Source: an uncultured bacterium
GTDB lineage: Bacteria > Krumholzibacteriota > Krumholzibacteriia > Krumholzibacteriales > Krumholzibacteriaceae
NCBI GenBank assembly: GCA_963786935.1
Contig: CAWBAN010000004.1
Coordinates: 64,001 to 128,000 of the forward strand
DNA length: 64,000 nt
Direction: 5' to 3'
The position numbers and the translations under genes were made by a program. Within the stretch, counting starts at the first letter, position 1. Each line of letters starts with the position of its first letter. The notes beneath the pieces were generated by a model. That model was not told the DNA's origin. It did no database searches and saw only the letters and a program-made list of their open reading frames with translations. This document shows positions 18,329 to 29,672 of this stretch, one piece after another.

Positions 18329-21300
18329 TCATCGAACAATGACGAGCTTGCGCGTGATCTCCCTGCCGCATGCCTGAAGCCTCAGGAAATAGATCCCCGA
18401 TGCGACCCTGCCGCGCGGCCCGCTGCCGTCCCATCCGATTCGGTTGCGCCCCGCCTGGTACCATGCGTCGGCGAGGACTGCTATGCGCCGGCCGGTCACG
18501 TCGAAAATCGTCAGCTGCACGCGCGACGCCCGCGGGAGGATGAGGTCGAAAATCCCCACCTCGCTGAATGGCTGCGCCGACTGGATCTCGAAGGAAAGTG
18601 CGTTCGCGACGTTATTCTCAACCGCGGTCATCACGACGATGGCGGAAGCGGAATCGCTCGCGTCGAAAGCGGTATTTCCGTCGGCATCGTACGCGACGAC
18701 CTTTAGAAACGCCACTTTTGTTTCGGGCCCTTTGACATCCCATGCGAAGGAACCGGCGTTCTCCAATCCCGTGGCGAGCTCGTTATACGGTCCGTCTGGA
18801 CCCGTATTCGAGAAGAAGAGGTCCACCGACGTTACGCCGCCGTCGTCGGTCGCCGTCCACCGCACATCGGTCTTGGTGCCCACGAGGAACTCCTCGCCGC
18901 CCGCGGGAGCGATCATCCGGACCTGCGGCGGATCGCTGCGCGTCGTGAACCGGCATACCGGCCCGGTCGTCGTCGTTTTGCCGTCGCTCACCGTGACGTA
19001 CCATTGGTACTGCGTTAGAGGGCTCAGGATGGACCAATTCACGCTGCAGCTCGAACCCGAAGGAACGCCTGTCATTGTTCCGAGCGCCACCCATCCGCCA
19101 AGCGGCGCCAGGTCGGTATCTAAGGTGAACTGGTGAGTGGAATCGGCATCCACGAGGAATTGGCCGAGCGTCGGCGAGTAAGTCTTGACCCGTATCACGT
19201 CTTCATCGGGGTAGAGGGTCATGATGCGGAGGTAGCCGTTCCCGCCGTGTCCCGCGCCGGAGTAATCGGACATCACCGTATTGGTTCTTTGACCATGGTA
19301 GATGTCGTACCGGCGCCCCACGCCCGCATGTCCGGCGAGCATCAGGCAGAGATTCGGGTTGTCTTTGAGGGCATCATAGATCACCCGGCCCTGTTCGCTG
19401 AACAAGTCGGGGTCGCCGGCGTAGAGCAAGCTATGGCTGCAGATGATCCCTCTCCGCCCCGGGTGGGTCTTGAGGAGACTGTCCGCCCATTTGAGCACCT
19501 CTGCGCCCGGCACCGCGGCATTGTACTCGATGCTGATGACGATGAAATCCAGGTTGCTCGCGCTGAAGAGCTGGAAGTGACTGTCGTTGTTCGAGCCGAA
19601 GTGGCCCCCGTAGTAAGGCCGTTCCGCGAAGTGCCCGACGCCGAAAAACTCATTATAGTAGGTCGTGGTGCCCGCCGGGTTGTCCTTCGGCGTCTGATCA
19701 TGGTTGCCGACGCTCACGTCGTATGGAAGCCCTTCGGCGAGGCCCGTCGTCTCCGGATCCTCGAGGGAGCTCATCGCCGACCAGGCGCGCTCCCACTCGA
19801 TGCGATACGTATCGCCGTTCTCCGAGCAGTCGCCGACCTGATGAGCGTAAACGATATGGTACTGGGGAATATTGTTTACGATCCATTGAGTCTGTGCCTG
19901 GAAGCTGGCGAGCGTCCCTCCGAAGGTTTCCGACGTGTAATATTGGGCGTCAGGCAGCACGATCAGCGAAAACGGAGGTCGCTCAGTGACGTTGAATGGT
20001 TTGCCGTAGAAGGTGACGGTGAGAGAATCATTGCCAAGGTCGAGAACCGTCGCCTCGAGATTGGGAGTAATGGATACGCCGGTGGCGCCGTTCGACGGCG
20101 CGACGAGGATCGGCGGCAACGGCGCATTGTCGATGTCGAGGTTGAACGGCGTCGGATCGGTCCAGTTCCAGCCGCTCCGCATGATCGTGCCCGCTATCGC
20201 CGTCCCGGCCGAGCCGTGGACGGTTTTTCCTGCGCCTTCATCGAGGCCCCAACGTGCGACGAGGCCTTGCTGTCGAGCGGTGATCCGCTCATTGATCGTC
20301 GTTTGTATCTGGAACTGATCGCGCGCGTAGTCCCATATGCGCACCTCATCGAGCGAACCGTGGAACGAGCCCGCATACGCCCCCGTTGAGGTGAGTGACG
20401 TCGCGAGCGCAACGGGCTGGATGCTCTGCCACTGAGGCATCGCGCCGACGACGTATTCGTTCTCGAGCAGTCCGTTGAGGTAGAGGCGCCACGTCGTGCC
20501 GTCGTACGTCGCAGCGGCGTGATGCCAAATGCCGTACCGGATGCGCGTCATGCCGGCGATGGCGTGGTTCTCGCCGGAGGAGATTTCTTCGAAATCGGCG
20601 CAAAGGACGCTGTCCGCCGGTCTAATCCCGAGAAAATAGTTTATGTCGCGCGTGTCGCCTTCGCCCTCGCGCGAGCCTTTCGTGACGAGAGGCACGGCGA
20701 TCACGCCATCGGTGCCCGTATTGGTCGTCACGCCGGCCGCGTCGCGTTTGAACCAGGTCTCTATGGTGAACTGCGCAAGTGCGAGCTCCGGCGGATTTCC
20801 GAAGGTGACGTACGCGCTCGAGACCCCGAAGTTCAGGGCATTCGACAAGACGAGCAGGGAGTCGGCCACCCAGGCCGGTCCCCCCGTCAAGGTGCCGTCC
20901 GGACTTCCCGTGACCGAATTTGCTGCGGTGATTCCCTCCCCGTCATTCAAACCCCACCGGGCGACGAGCCCCGGAGCGGCGTCGAGTTCGAGCCCAAGGC
21001 TGTCGGCAATTGCCTGCCGCGTTCGGGCGCGATTCCAGATCCGTGCTTCATCGATTATCCCTTGGAAACATCCTGCGGCCGCGGCGCCCGAATTCAACGC
21101 GGTGGCAAGCCCCGCGTACTGTCCGCTGTCCCAACGGGGAAGCCGCCCCGATAATCCGGGGATTCTGGCCTCGAGATTGCCGTTGAGATAGAGCTCCAGC
21201 GTATCCCCGTCGAACGTGACCGCCGCATGGTACCAGGTGTTAATGCGAATGGGGGTGACGCCGATGACAGGATGATTCAAGCCGGGCTGCAGCTGAAGGC

Positions 21301-21736
21301 GCCCTTCTTCATAATCGGCCACGAGCACATTGGTGCTCCCCTTGATGCCAAGGAAGTAGTTCATGTCGCGCGTATCGCCTTCAGCCTCGTCGCACCCCTT
21401 CGTGAGCAGTGGGACCGCAGTCACACCGTCGACTCCGGTCGTCGTCGCGACGCCGGGGCCCTCGCGGTAGAACCACAATTCGAGCGTAAACGTATTGAGG
21501 CCGAGATAGGTCGTATCGGGGCCGAAGCTTACATAATCGCCCGGGCCGGCAAATCTCAACCCCGTCTGAGCGGCCGCCGGCATCGCGGAGACCCAAACAA
21601 GCAGGGCGCCGAGAAGAACTCCGCTCCCCGAGAATCGAAATGACACAGGAGATCTGCTCACCGGTGAATCTCCGCGCAATGTCGTTGCGCGCCCGGACAA
21701 TGTCCCGCCGCATACGATGAAAAAAACCGTGCTCAA
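18329..21736 (-). CDS. Secreted protein: two LamG domains, calcineurin-like metallophosphoesterase, T9SS/FlgD-type CTD (true start probably downstream)
   Basis: Two WYHAAVTFDG/WHHAAATYDG repeats; LPDAQY, GD, GNHD, LAGH; CTD IFDVTGR...WDG...ASGIYFLRL...TRKLVIVR. Confidence 0.85.
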   Translation of the reverse strand: MSTVFFIVCGGTLSGRATTLRGDSPVSRSPVSFRFSGSGVLLGALLVWVSAMPAAAQTGLRFAGPGDYVSFGPDTTYLGLNTFTLELWFYREGPGVATTTGVDGVTAVPLLTKGCDEAEGDTRDMNYFLGIKGSTNVLVADYEEGRLQLQPGLNHPVIGVTPIRINTWYHAAVTFDGDTLELYLNGNLEARIPGLSGRLPRWDSGQYAGLATALNSGAAAAGCFQGIIDEARIWNRARTRQAIADSLGLELDAAPGLVARWGLNDGEGITAANSVTGSPDGTLTGGPAWVADSLLVLSNALNFGVSSAYVTFGNPPELALAQFTIETWFKRDAAGVTTNTGTDGVIAVPLVTKGSREGEGDTRDINYFLGIRPADSVLCADFEEISSGENHAIAGMTRIRYGIWHHAAATYDGTTWRLYLNGLLENEYVVGAMPQWQSIQPVALATSLTSTGAYAGSFHGSLDEVRIWDYARDQFQIQTTINERITARQQGLVARWGLDEGAGKTVHGSAGTAIAGTIMRSGWNWTDPTPFNLDIDNAPLPPILVAPSNGATGVSITPNLEATVLDLGNDSLTVTFYGKPFNVTERPPFSLIVLPDAQYYTSETFGGTLASFQAQTQWIVNNIPQYHIVYAHQVGDCSENGDTYRIEWERAWSAMSSLEDPETTGLAEGLPYDVSVGNHDQTPKDNPAGTTTYYNEFFGVGHFAERPYYGGHFGSNNDSHFQLFSASNLDFIVISIEYNAAVPGAEVLKWADSLLKTHPGRRGIICSHSLLYAGDPDLFSEQGRVIYDALKDNPNLCLMLAGHAGVGRRYDIYHGQRTNTVMSDYSGAGHGGNGYLRIMTLYPDEDVIRVKTYSPTLGQFLVDADSTHQFTLDTDLAPLGGWVALGTMTGVPSGSSCSVNWSILSPLTQYQWYVTVSDGKTTTTGPVCRFTTRSDPPQVRMIAPAGGEEFLVGTKTDVRWTATDDGGVTSVDLFFSNTGPDGPYNELATGLENAGSFAWDVKGPETKVAFLKVVAYDADGNTAFDASDSASAIVVMTAVENNVANALSFEIQSAQPFSEVGIFDLILPRASRVQLTIFDVTGRRIAVLADAWYQAGRNRIGWDGSGPRGRVASGIYFLRLQACGREITRKLVIVR

Positions 21737-21859
21737 CCCTCAGGCACGGTCCTTCGCGAATCCGAATCCTCGCCCTATGACAATAATGATCATATCATAT
21801 CTTGCCGCTCGGCGATAGCATCGGACGAGCATTCGCGCTTGACGACAAGACAATCCTCG

Positions 21860-22000
21860 CACGTATCGCCAGATAAAAGCGAGTGGCGCAGAAGCAGGCG
21901 CATACGATGGGCGAAGCTCATTCGGCAGGTCTGGCAGGAAGATCCGCTGTTGTGCCTTCGGCACATCGGGTTCAAACACGCCGACACACCGCCTCCGCGC
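21860..22000 (+). mobile_element. IS91/ISCR-family (Y2) transposase C-terminal remnant
   Basis: RRSRRIRWAKLIRQVWQEDPLLC resembles the WAxLIxxVxxxDPLxC tail; no intact transposase. Confidence 0.6.
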
Positions 22001-22234
22001 TATCATCCTCCGCCCCAGCTTTGCCGGTCGCCTCTCGGGTGAGCCGGCAGCTCCGCGCATATGGCCTCAATGTCCCCTCCGTGCCGCTCGAAGCGTGCCC
22101 GGAATCGCGTCGAGCCACCCCAACCAACCGCCGCACAAGCTACACAAGAAGGTTGACGCGAAATCAAACTTCCCAACATAGAATATTTTGCCACCTGCTG
22201 GTTCGGTCAGGTCCTCAAACCGGAGGAGGAGATC

Positions 22235-23540
22235 ATGAAGAGGCACCTGCTTCTCCCCGTCCTGTGCTTTTTCCCACTGTTGTTGATCGCGTGTTCGGAG
22301 GACCGGGTCGTCGCACCCGTGTCCGGCGGGCAGGCGCCGGCGCAGGTCACTGCCGACCCGGCCGACATGGCCCGGGCGATCCTGGCCGGAACGGGCTGGC
22401 CGGAGGAACCCGGAAGCTACCTCCTCCCCGCGAGCGCCGCGGTCGGAAGCCCCGTCCAGACCAACTGCATCGCCTCCAGTGACCGCCAGGTGATCACGGG
22501 GGACATTGTCCACTACAAGTAACCGCCTGCGGGTGGGCTGCGGGCCCTACAACGTCATCGGCCTGCACCGCGTGGTACGCGAACGTCGTCCGAACCAGCC
22601 GGCGCGCACGAACAGCAGCGTGTTCCTGATCCACGGCGACTGGAAGGATTTCGAAGGGTGCTTCCTGCCCGGCGTAAACTCGCCCGGCATTCCCATGGAG
22701 CATGCCTTCGCGGTATTCCTGGCGCAGCGCGACATCGACGTCTGGGGAATCGACCAAGCCTGGGCTCTGGTGCCCGAAGCGGTGACCGACTTCTCGTTCA
22801 TGGCCGGCTGGGGCATGGATCAGCACGTCCGTTGGGCCGGCACCGCGGTGGAAGTTGCCCGGATCGTGCGGGCGCTGACCGGTAACGGTTACCAGAGGAT
22901 GAACCTTCTGGGCTACAGCGGCGGCAGCCCGATCGGGCTGGCGCTGATCAACAACGAGGCCGTCCTGCCCCCGGCGCAGCGGAAGATCAACGGGTTCATC
23001 GGGGTGGACCAGGGTGCGCTCACCAGCGATCCCGCCTGGGGCGAAGCGATGTGCGCGTTCTCCGCATCGTACCAGTCTCTCATCGATGCCGGGCAGTTCC
23101 AGGACAACATCGTGTTCTGTTACCTCGGCATCCCGGCGATTCAGGCGCCCGACGATCCGTCCGAGATCTTTCCCGGGCTGACCAACATCCAGGCCGCCCT
23201 GGCGTTCGGAGCAACGCCGCTCATCCCCGGCTTCCCGTGCCACTTCCTGGCCGGTGTGTTCCCCGACCCCGACGGACTGCCCACGGGATTGCGGTACACG
23301 AACGTCGATTACTTCCTGGACTTCATGGCCACGGCTCCGTTCTACGAAGCCGCGGTCTACGAGCGGGACGAGTACTTGTGGACCTGTTCTTCGGGCGGGG
23401 ACGTGCCCTGGGATGACAACTTCGCGCAGGTGCGGGTGCCGGTGCTCTATGTCAAGGCCGGCGGAGGGTTCGGGGAGTTCTGGCAGCATACGCTCGACGC
23501 CCTCGGCAGCTGCGACATTCCGACGTGCAGGGCGGAGTGA
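22235..23540 (+). pseudogene. Lipoprotein alpha/beta-hydrolase, frameshifted at about 22517 and probably C-terminally truncated
   Basis: Lipobox LIAC; DIVHY continues as SNRLRVG...GLHRVVRE after removing one base; GYSGG nucleophile elbow. Confidence 0.7.
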
Positions 23541-23733
23541 TCGCGGTGAGGGGCGAGGACTAGGAAGCTCCTGCGCCCCGGCGCCCGGGGGCGGGATGCC
23601 GCCCCTCCGGGTGGATGGTCGTGGAACGCCAGCCCTGGAGAGTTACGGTTCGCCGCTGAATGGACCCGGGGCCCCCTGGAAGCTCGAGCCGTGAGGGTGC
23701 AATCGGCGGCAGGACCCGCGTTGCGAACTGCCG

Positions 23734-25536
23734 CTATTTCTCTTTCTCCAGCTGCTGCAGGGCGGCGCGGCCGCCGGCGTTTCCCGGGTTGAGCTCGACA
23801 GACTTGCGATAGCTTTCGATCGCGCGCTCCTTCCGGCCCGCCTTGGCCAGGCATTCCCCGAGGCTGTCGTAGGCGTTCCATGAATCCGGATAGAGCTCGG
23901 CCCCCTTCTCGAATACGTACACGGCGGCTTCGAGCTTGTTCTCCTGCATCAGCCGGTACCCGAGGGCGTTGAAGTCGGCCTCGTCGAACACGGGGCCGCC
24001 CTTGTCGCGCCGCGCGAGCAGCTCCTTGAGAGCTTTGTCCGCCGCGGGAATCCCGCCGCCTTCGAGCTCCTTGCCCACGACGTCCGCGGCGGAGCCCGAC
24101 TTCGCTTTTCGAACCGCCGTCTTCGCCGTCTCGATCTGCGACAGCTCATAGGAGAACATCGGCTCGAACTTCTCGCCTTCTTTCAGGGATGCCTCGGCCG
24201 CGGCGACGTTCCCCGAGCCGAGATACGCCTGGGCAAGCATGGCATAGACGGCGGCAAGCGGGGGAAACTCTTCCCGGCATGCCCGCAGAAGCCCGATCGC
24301 CTCGGCGTACTGCTTGGTTCCGATGTACTGGCCGGCCAGTTGCATGGCCTCGTCGATGCCGAAGAATGAGGCGTCGCCTCCCTTCGCGCGCGCTTGCTTG
24401 AGCCCCGCGATCGCCGCTTCGACGCCCTTTTCCTTCGCGTCGCGCGCGTACTGGTTCACGAGCGAGATTCTGAGATTCCGCAGGCTGGCCGCCTCATCCT
24501 GCGGCGCGGGAGCTCCCTTCTCCAGAAGCTGCAGGGCGAATTCCAGCACCCGGTCGTTCCCCGCGGCGATATCCTCGGGCGTGTTCACGATTCGCAGGTC
24601 GGGAGGCACGCCGATTCCGTCCCAGCAGACGCCGTTCAAGTCCCGCATGACCTTGAAGGCGATCCACAGGGTCCAGCCGTTCGGCATCTTGTCCGGGAAC
24701 TGCGCCGAGAGGGCACCCTCGGTGAGATCCCCGACGACGGTGACGCGGGGAAGCACGCGCATTGCCAGCGTGAAGATATCGGCGCTGCTCGCGCTGAAGC
24801 GGTGCGTGAGAAGGATCGTGGGCCCCGTGAACTGCGCCGGGCCTCCGGGCTCGACGTAGCGGTATTCCGCCGGCCACAGGTCGTCATGCTTGCGGCCATA
24901 GCGTGTCTGCGTCTGCATATAGTGCCGCTTGCGGTCGGCGAACCGGTTCGCGACGAACTCTTCCGTTTTGCCCGAGCCTCCCGGGTTGCCGCGCACGTCG
25001 ACGATCATGGCCCGGGCGCCGGCGAGCTTCGCGAGGGCCGCATCGAGCGCCTGCGTCGTCGTCCCGGCGCCTGCCTTGAAGTGGCTGAAATGCATGTAGC
25101 CGATCCCGTCGGCGAGCCAGCCGTAGGTGAAGCTCCCCTTGAGCGTGTCCGCGGCGCCCCCCTTCAGGTATTTCGACCTCACGAGATCCAGGGAGAAATC
25201 GTCGGGCACGCGGGCGTCCTGCACCCCGCCGCAGTTGCGCCGCTTCTCGTCGGCCAGGCACACGTGGTTGTCGTTCAGGTTCCGTATCATGTCGAGAATG
25301 ATGTTCCACAGCTCCTCGTCGGTAGTCGCCGCGGTGACCTGCGGCCGGTAGACGCGATACAGGGCGTCCCAGTCGACGTTCTTGACGCCGAACTGGGCGT
25401 AATTCCTGTCGAGGCTCTTCCATGCATACTCGAAGTTCAGGACGGGATCGCGGGGATTCTCGGGCCCCGCGGGGGCAGCCGAGGCGGTCGACGCAAGAAG
25501 TCCGATGGCGACGAGAAGAACGAGAAGGCGTCTCAT
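23734..25536 (-). CDS. S41 family peptidase with C-terminal TPR repeats
   Basis: Signal peptide, LNDNHV, VDVRGNPGG, SASSAD; TPR NAYDSLGE. Confidence 0.88.
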   Translation of the reverse strand: MRRLLVLLVAIGLLASTASAAPAGPENPRDPVLNFEYAWKSLDRNYAQFGVKNVDWDALYRVYRPQVTAATTDEELWNIILDMIRNLNDNHVCLADEKRRNCGGVQDARVPDDFSLDLVRSKYLKGGAADTLKGSFTYGWLADGIGYMHFSHFKAGAGTTTQALDAALAKLAGARAMIVDVRGNPGGSGKTEEFVANRFADRKRHYMQTQTRYGRKHDDLWPAEYRYVEPGGPAQFTGPTILLTHRFSASSADIFTLAMRVLPRVTVVGDLTEGALSAQFPDKMPNGWTLWIAFKVMRDLNGVCWDGIGVPPDLRIVNTPEDIAAGNDRVLEFALQLLEKGAPAPQDEAASLRNLRISLVNQYARDAKEKGVEAAIAGLKQARAKGGDASFFGIDEAMQLAGQYIGTKQYAEAIGLLRACREEFPPLAAVYAMLAQAYLGSGNVAAAEASLKEGEKFEPMFSYELSQIETAKTAVRKAKSGSAADVVGKELEGGGIPAADKALKELLARRDKGGPVFDEADFNALGYRLMQENKLEAAVYVFEKGAELYPDSWNAYDSLGECLAKAGRKERAIESYRKSVELNPGNAGGRAALQQLEKEK

Positions 25537-25667
25537 GAGCCGGCTCCTTTCACGAACGGGGATCGGCAGCGACATGGAGTCCGCATATCCAGGTGGGGGA
25601 CAGAGGCATCCATACTGTTTTCGAATATACGTTGAGCCGATGGATTTGTTGCCTGTGCGCGCGGTGG

Positions 25668-28638
25668 TTAGAAGAGCCGGCTGAATCCGATCGTCCAGCG
25701 GAAGTCCCACTGGTTCTGCTCGCCCACGAGCTCGGGTTTGCTCAGGTAGACCGGGAACTCCGCCGTGATCTTCCAGAGGCTCACGCTCACCCCGGCTCCC
25801 GAGAAGACCGAATCGAACGAGTTCTCGTCGAGCCCCGCGCGATCCCCCGGGGGAACCCCCTCGAGCTTGTGCTCGTCGAGGACCTTTCCCCAGTCGACGA
25901 ACAGGCTGAACCGCGGATCGAGCATGCGCGAGGTCTTGCGGCTCATGGGAACGGGGAACGGAAAGAGGACTTCGAGGTTCGCGGCGAGCACGCGCTTGAA
26001 CGCGAACATCGCGTCGTAGTAGCCGCGCACGTTCGCGTCCCCCGCGACGTGGAAGTTGTTGTAGTAATCCTTCGGCCACGCGCCGACGCTTCGCAGCCAG
26101 AAGTAGCGCTCCTTCGCCAGGGTGTTGGCGCCGGCGAGGCTGAACCGCTCCTGGAGCGGCGGATCGTTCGACGCCCAGCCGGCGAAGAGGCGCACGTTCG
26201 GCTTGACCGGGTACGGCCACCGTATCGCGGGCCAGAGCTTGGCGGCGACGATGAACTTCTCGAAGTTGAAATTGCTCCCCCAGATCGAGCGATCGTACGA
26301 GAGGAGGAGCGACGAGGCGTAGACGTCGGTCTTCGGGGAGAACTCGAGGCGGATGTTGCCGGTGATGTCGCGCCCCATCTCGTAGGTATAGGGGAACACG
26401 TACGTCGTGTCGTCGATCTCCCGGTACGTGAGGCCGAGGGTGAGGCGCTTCGCGAGGGGATCGAAGAGGGACGTCCGGCGAATCTTCCCGAGCAGGAGAG
26501 AGGCGCCTCGCCTGCCCTCGCGCTTGTACAGCTCGGCCGAGACCGTCGCGTCCTTGCCGAGGTAGCGGAAGGGGGTGTCGTACGCCGCGAAGAAATCGAA
26601 TTTTCCGCTTTCGAAGCCGTAGAGCCCCTGCAGGGTGAATTTCTTGTAGTAATTGTCGTAGCTGCCGCGGATGCGGAGACCCGCCTTGCCGCCGTCGACG
26701 TCGTTGTAGTAGCCGATCGGGAGTATCCGGTACTGGTATGAATCCCCCGGGTAGTACGTGTTGAACGGCACGTCGAGCGCGAGGCTCTTGCGGCGCGGGT
26801 AGTAGTTGTCGAGCCGGTACACGTCGAGAATCTCGTTCTCGGGATTGATCGCGGCCGAAACCGGCTTCGAATCGAACGTGAGGCTCCGCTCGATCGTCCG
26901 CGGAGCGCCGTCGAGCCGCTCGACGACCGTGTTTCCGTTCTTCAGGCGAAGGGCGAGAGCGATCGGCATGATGAGCTCGCCCGTGCGCTCGATCGTGACG
27001 TCCGCCGTGTAACCGGTCGACGCCGGCTTCACCTTGAAGCGGGAGAGCGTGTAGTCGCACTGCTTCGTCGTGTGGAGCCACTGCTTGAAGAAGTCGTCGA
27101 GCTTCATGCCGGAGACTTCCTCGCACACCGACCGGAACGCCTCCTCGTCGACGTGCTTGAACTGCCAGCGCTCGACGTACGTCCGGATGATCGCTCGGAA
27201 GCTCTCGTCGCCGACCGTGTAACGGAGCGCCCTGAGGAAGAGCGGCGCGCCCACGTACGGCCACGTGCTGAAACCGTTCTTGTACTCGTGCGCCGGCGTG
27301 GAGATGCGCTCCGCCCAGCCGCTGCGGTGGAGATTGATGATGCTCCTGCCGAGCCCGTCCCACATGCGCTGCTGGGGGAACAGGGAGTACGGGAACGAGC
27401 GCTCGTCGATCTTGCCGAGGGGGCCGTACACCTCCTCGGCGTTCCAGAACGTGGCGTACGCCGCGAAGCCCTCGTCGAGCCACGCCTCGGCGCGCTCGTC
27501 GTTCGCGAGGATCGCGTAGAAATAGTTGTGGGCGAGCTCGTGGACGACGAGCCCCTCGTCGGCCGAGCCGTTCATCGCGAGCATCGGGTATTCCATGCCG
27601 CCCCGCATCGGGCAGTCGACGATGCTGACCTGCGGATAGGGATAGGGCCCCGCGTTGCGCTCGAGCCACCGCATCGCGCGCATTCCCCGCGCGAGGGTCG
27701 TGTCCGCCCACGTGCGGCGATTCCAGGGATTGAAGAAGCTCATGATGCGGTAGCCGTTGTAGAGCGTGTCCTGGACCATGAAGCTCGGGGAGGCGACCCA
27801 CGCGAAATCGTGGACCCGCTCCGCGCGGAACCGCACCGTCTTCATGCTGTCGGGCTTGCCGGCGTCCTCCGCCGCGGCTGACGCGCCGGGATGGCCGCCG
27901 GGATGTCCGCCGGAGGGCGTTCCGCCCGGATGTGCCGCCGCCGCGCCGCAGCGGATTCTTCTTCCAGCCGGCGTCCCCCTCGACCGGCACGCCGGTCGCC
28001 GCGAGGACGTACTTCGCCGGCAGCGTGATCGACACGTCGAAGGTTCCGAATTCGCCGTAAAATTCTCCCATCCGGTACTGGTCCGGATGCCAGCCGTCCC
28101 TGTCGTATACGGCGATCTTGGGATACCACTGGGCGACGTTGAACTGGTCGCCGGAATATCCCGAGCGTCCGAGAAGGGGCCCGATCTTTTCCTCGAACGT
28201 CATTTCGATCGTCGCCGGCCGGCCGGGGGGGATCGGCTCGGCGAGGGTCGCCGTGAGAATCGTCCCGTCGACGGTGAACTGCGCGACATCTCCGTCGATC
28301 TTGAGGTCCTTCACGTCGAGCCACGCGCGCATCGACTCCGGAAGCCCCACGATAAAGCGATACGTTCCCTGCATATAATCCTGGATGAGCGGGGAGACCT
28401 TCTCGCGGAAGGCGTTCGGATAGAGGTGCAGGTGTATGACGGTGAGCGTGTCGGGGGAATTGTTCTTGTAGTCTATCGTCTCGGAGCCCGTCAGCATATG
28501 GTTCTTCGCGTCGAGGGACGCCTTGATCGTGTAGTTCGCCTCCTGCTGCCAGTAGCCGACGCTGTCCCCCTGCGCGCGGGCCGCGCCCGCGGCGGTCAGC
28601 GCCGCGAGAAAGACGAAGAGCGCCGCGATCGATCGCAT
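25668..28638 (-). CDS. M1 family aminopeptidase with C-terminal beta-barrel-like domain; frameshift at about 27935
   Basis: YWQQ, AQWYPK, EFYGEFG, then VHDFAW, GGMEYP, HELAH and WLDEG in a second frame; ends WTIGFSRLF. Confidence 0.85.
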
Positions 28639-28755
28639 CCCGTTCCGAGATCCCGCTTCGAGCCTCATTTCCACCCCTTCTCCGCAGAGTAAAACCGTCG
28701 CGCGAAATCCGCCCCGCGCGCGGCAAGTCGGTGAAGACTAGCACAGTGCGCCGTT

Positions 28756-29559
28756 TCAATCAAGGTGCTTAGGGATTCGGGGCGGGCGCAAGCATTTTGT
28801 CGACGAGGTCGGCGCGGCGCCGCCCCGCTGAATTTCCCAGAGCTTCATGTAGAGGAGCGACGTCGCGGCGGCGTTGACGAGGGAGAGGACGAGCCCGTGC
28901 GCCCCGTCCCGGTATCCCCGTCGCGATACGTACGACCGCAGGAACGAGGAGAGCGTGTGCGCGACGACGGCGCCGCCGGAGCTCTTCCGCGTTCCGGCGT
29001 ACTCGATCGCCTCGAGGGAGGTGTATTCGTTCAGCTTGGCGAACGCGGCCGATATCGACGGGTAGGTGTAATGGAGGAGCGGATGCTCGAGCGTCCCGGC
29101 CGCCCCGTCGATCTCGAAGCCTTCGTGCACGAGCCGGTCCGCCATCCGGGCCCGGGATTTGCGGAACAGGCGCATCTGGTAATCGCGCTGCCAGCCGCCC
29201 CCCTTCATGAGCGTTCCGAGGAAGTAGTTGTCCCGCCTGAGGCGGTAGCCGTCGCGGCCGCGGTTCTCGACGGCCTCTCGGATCTCGGCGGCGAGCTCCG
29301 CCGGGACCCGCTCGTCGGCGTCGACGCTCAGAATCCACTCGCTCGAGGCGAGGCCGAGGGCGTGCGCCTTCTGGCGCGCGAAGCCGTCCCAGGCCCGGGT
29401 GTCGAATCGCGCCCCGTATGCCCGGGCTATTTCCCCGGTCCGGTCGCGGCTCCCGCAGTCCACGATCACGATCTCGTCGACCCATTTGACGCTCTCGAGG
29501 CACGCCGTGAGGTTTCGTTCCTCGTTGAGCGTGATTATTATCGCCGAGATCTTCTCCAT
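28756..29559 (-). CDS. GT2 glycosyltransferase (LPS beta-1,4-glucosyltransferase-like)
   Basis: ITLNEE, VDCGSRD, VDADER motifs. Confidence 0.9.
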   Translation of the reverse strand: MEKISAIIITLNEERNLTACLESVKWVDEIVIVDCGSRDRTGEIARAYGARFDTRAWDGFARQKAHALGLASSEWILSVDADERVPAELAAEIREAVENRGRDGYRLRRDNYFLGTLMKGGGWQRDYQMRLFRKSRARMADRLVHEGFEIDGAAGTLEHPLLHYTYPSISAAFAKLNEYTSLEAIEYAGTRKSSGGAVVAHTLSSFLRSYVSRRGYRDGAHGLVLSLVNAAATSLLYMKLWEIQRGGAAPTSSTKCLRPPRIPKHLD

Positions 29560-29672
29560 GTGGATTTGCCGCCGCCTTCCGTGGGCATATGTATCGGAAT
29601 TTCAGGCCCTTGTCAAGCCGCCGCGGAGAAAGGGCTTGAGAATCCGCCCCGTTTGCGCGAGAATGGGCGGTC

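Noticed and set aside
23734..28674. 1646-aa ORF as a giant M1-S41 fusion
   Set aside because: It is a chimera. The M1 N-terminus is frameshifted into an Arg-rich shadow frame that happens to run into the S41 gene, which has its own AAGGAG SD, ATG (25536) and signal peptide.
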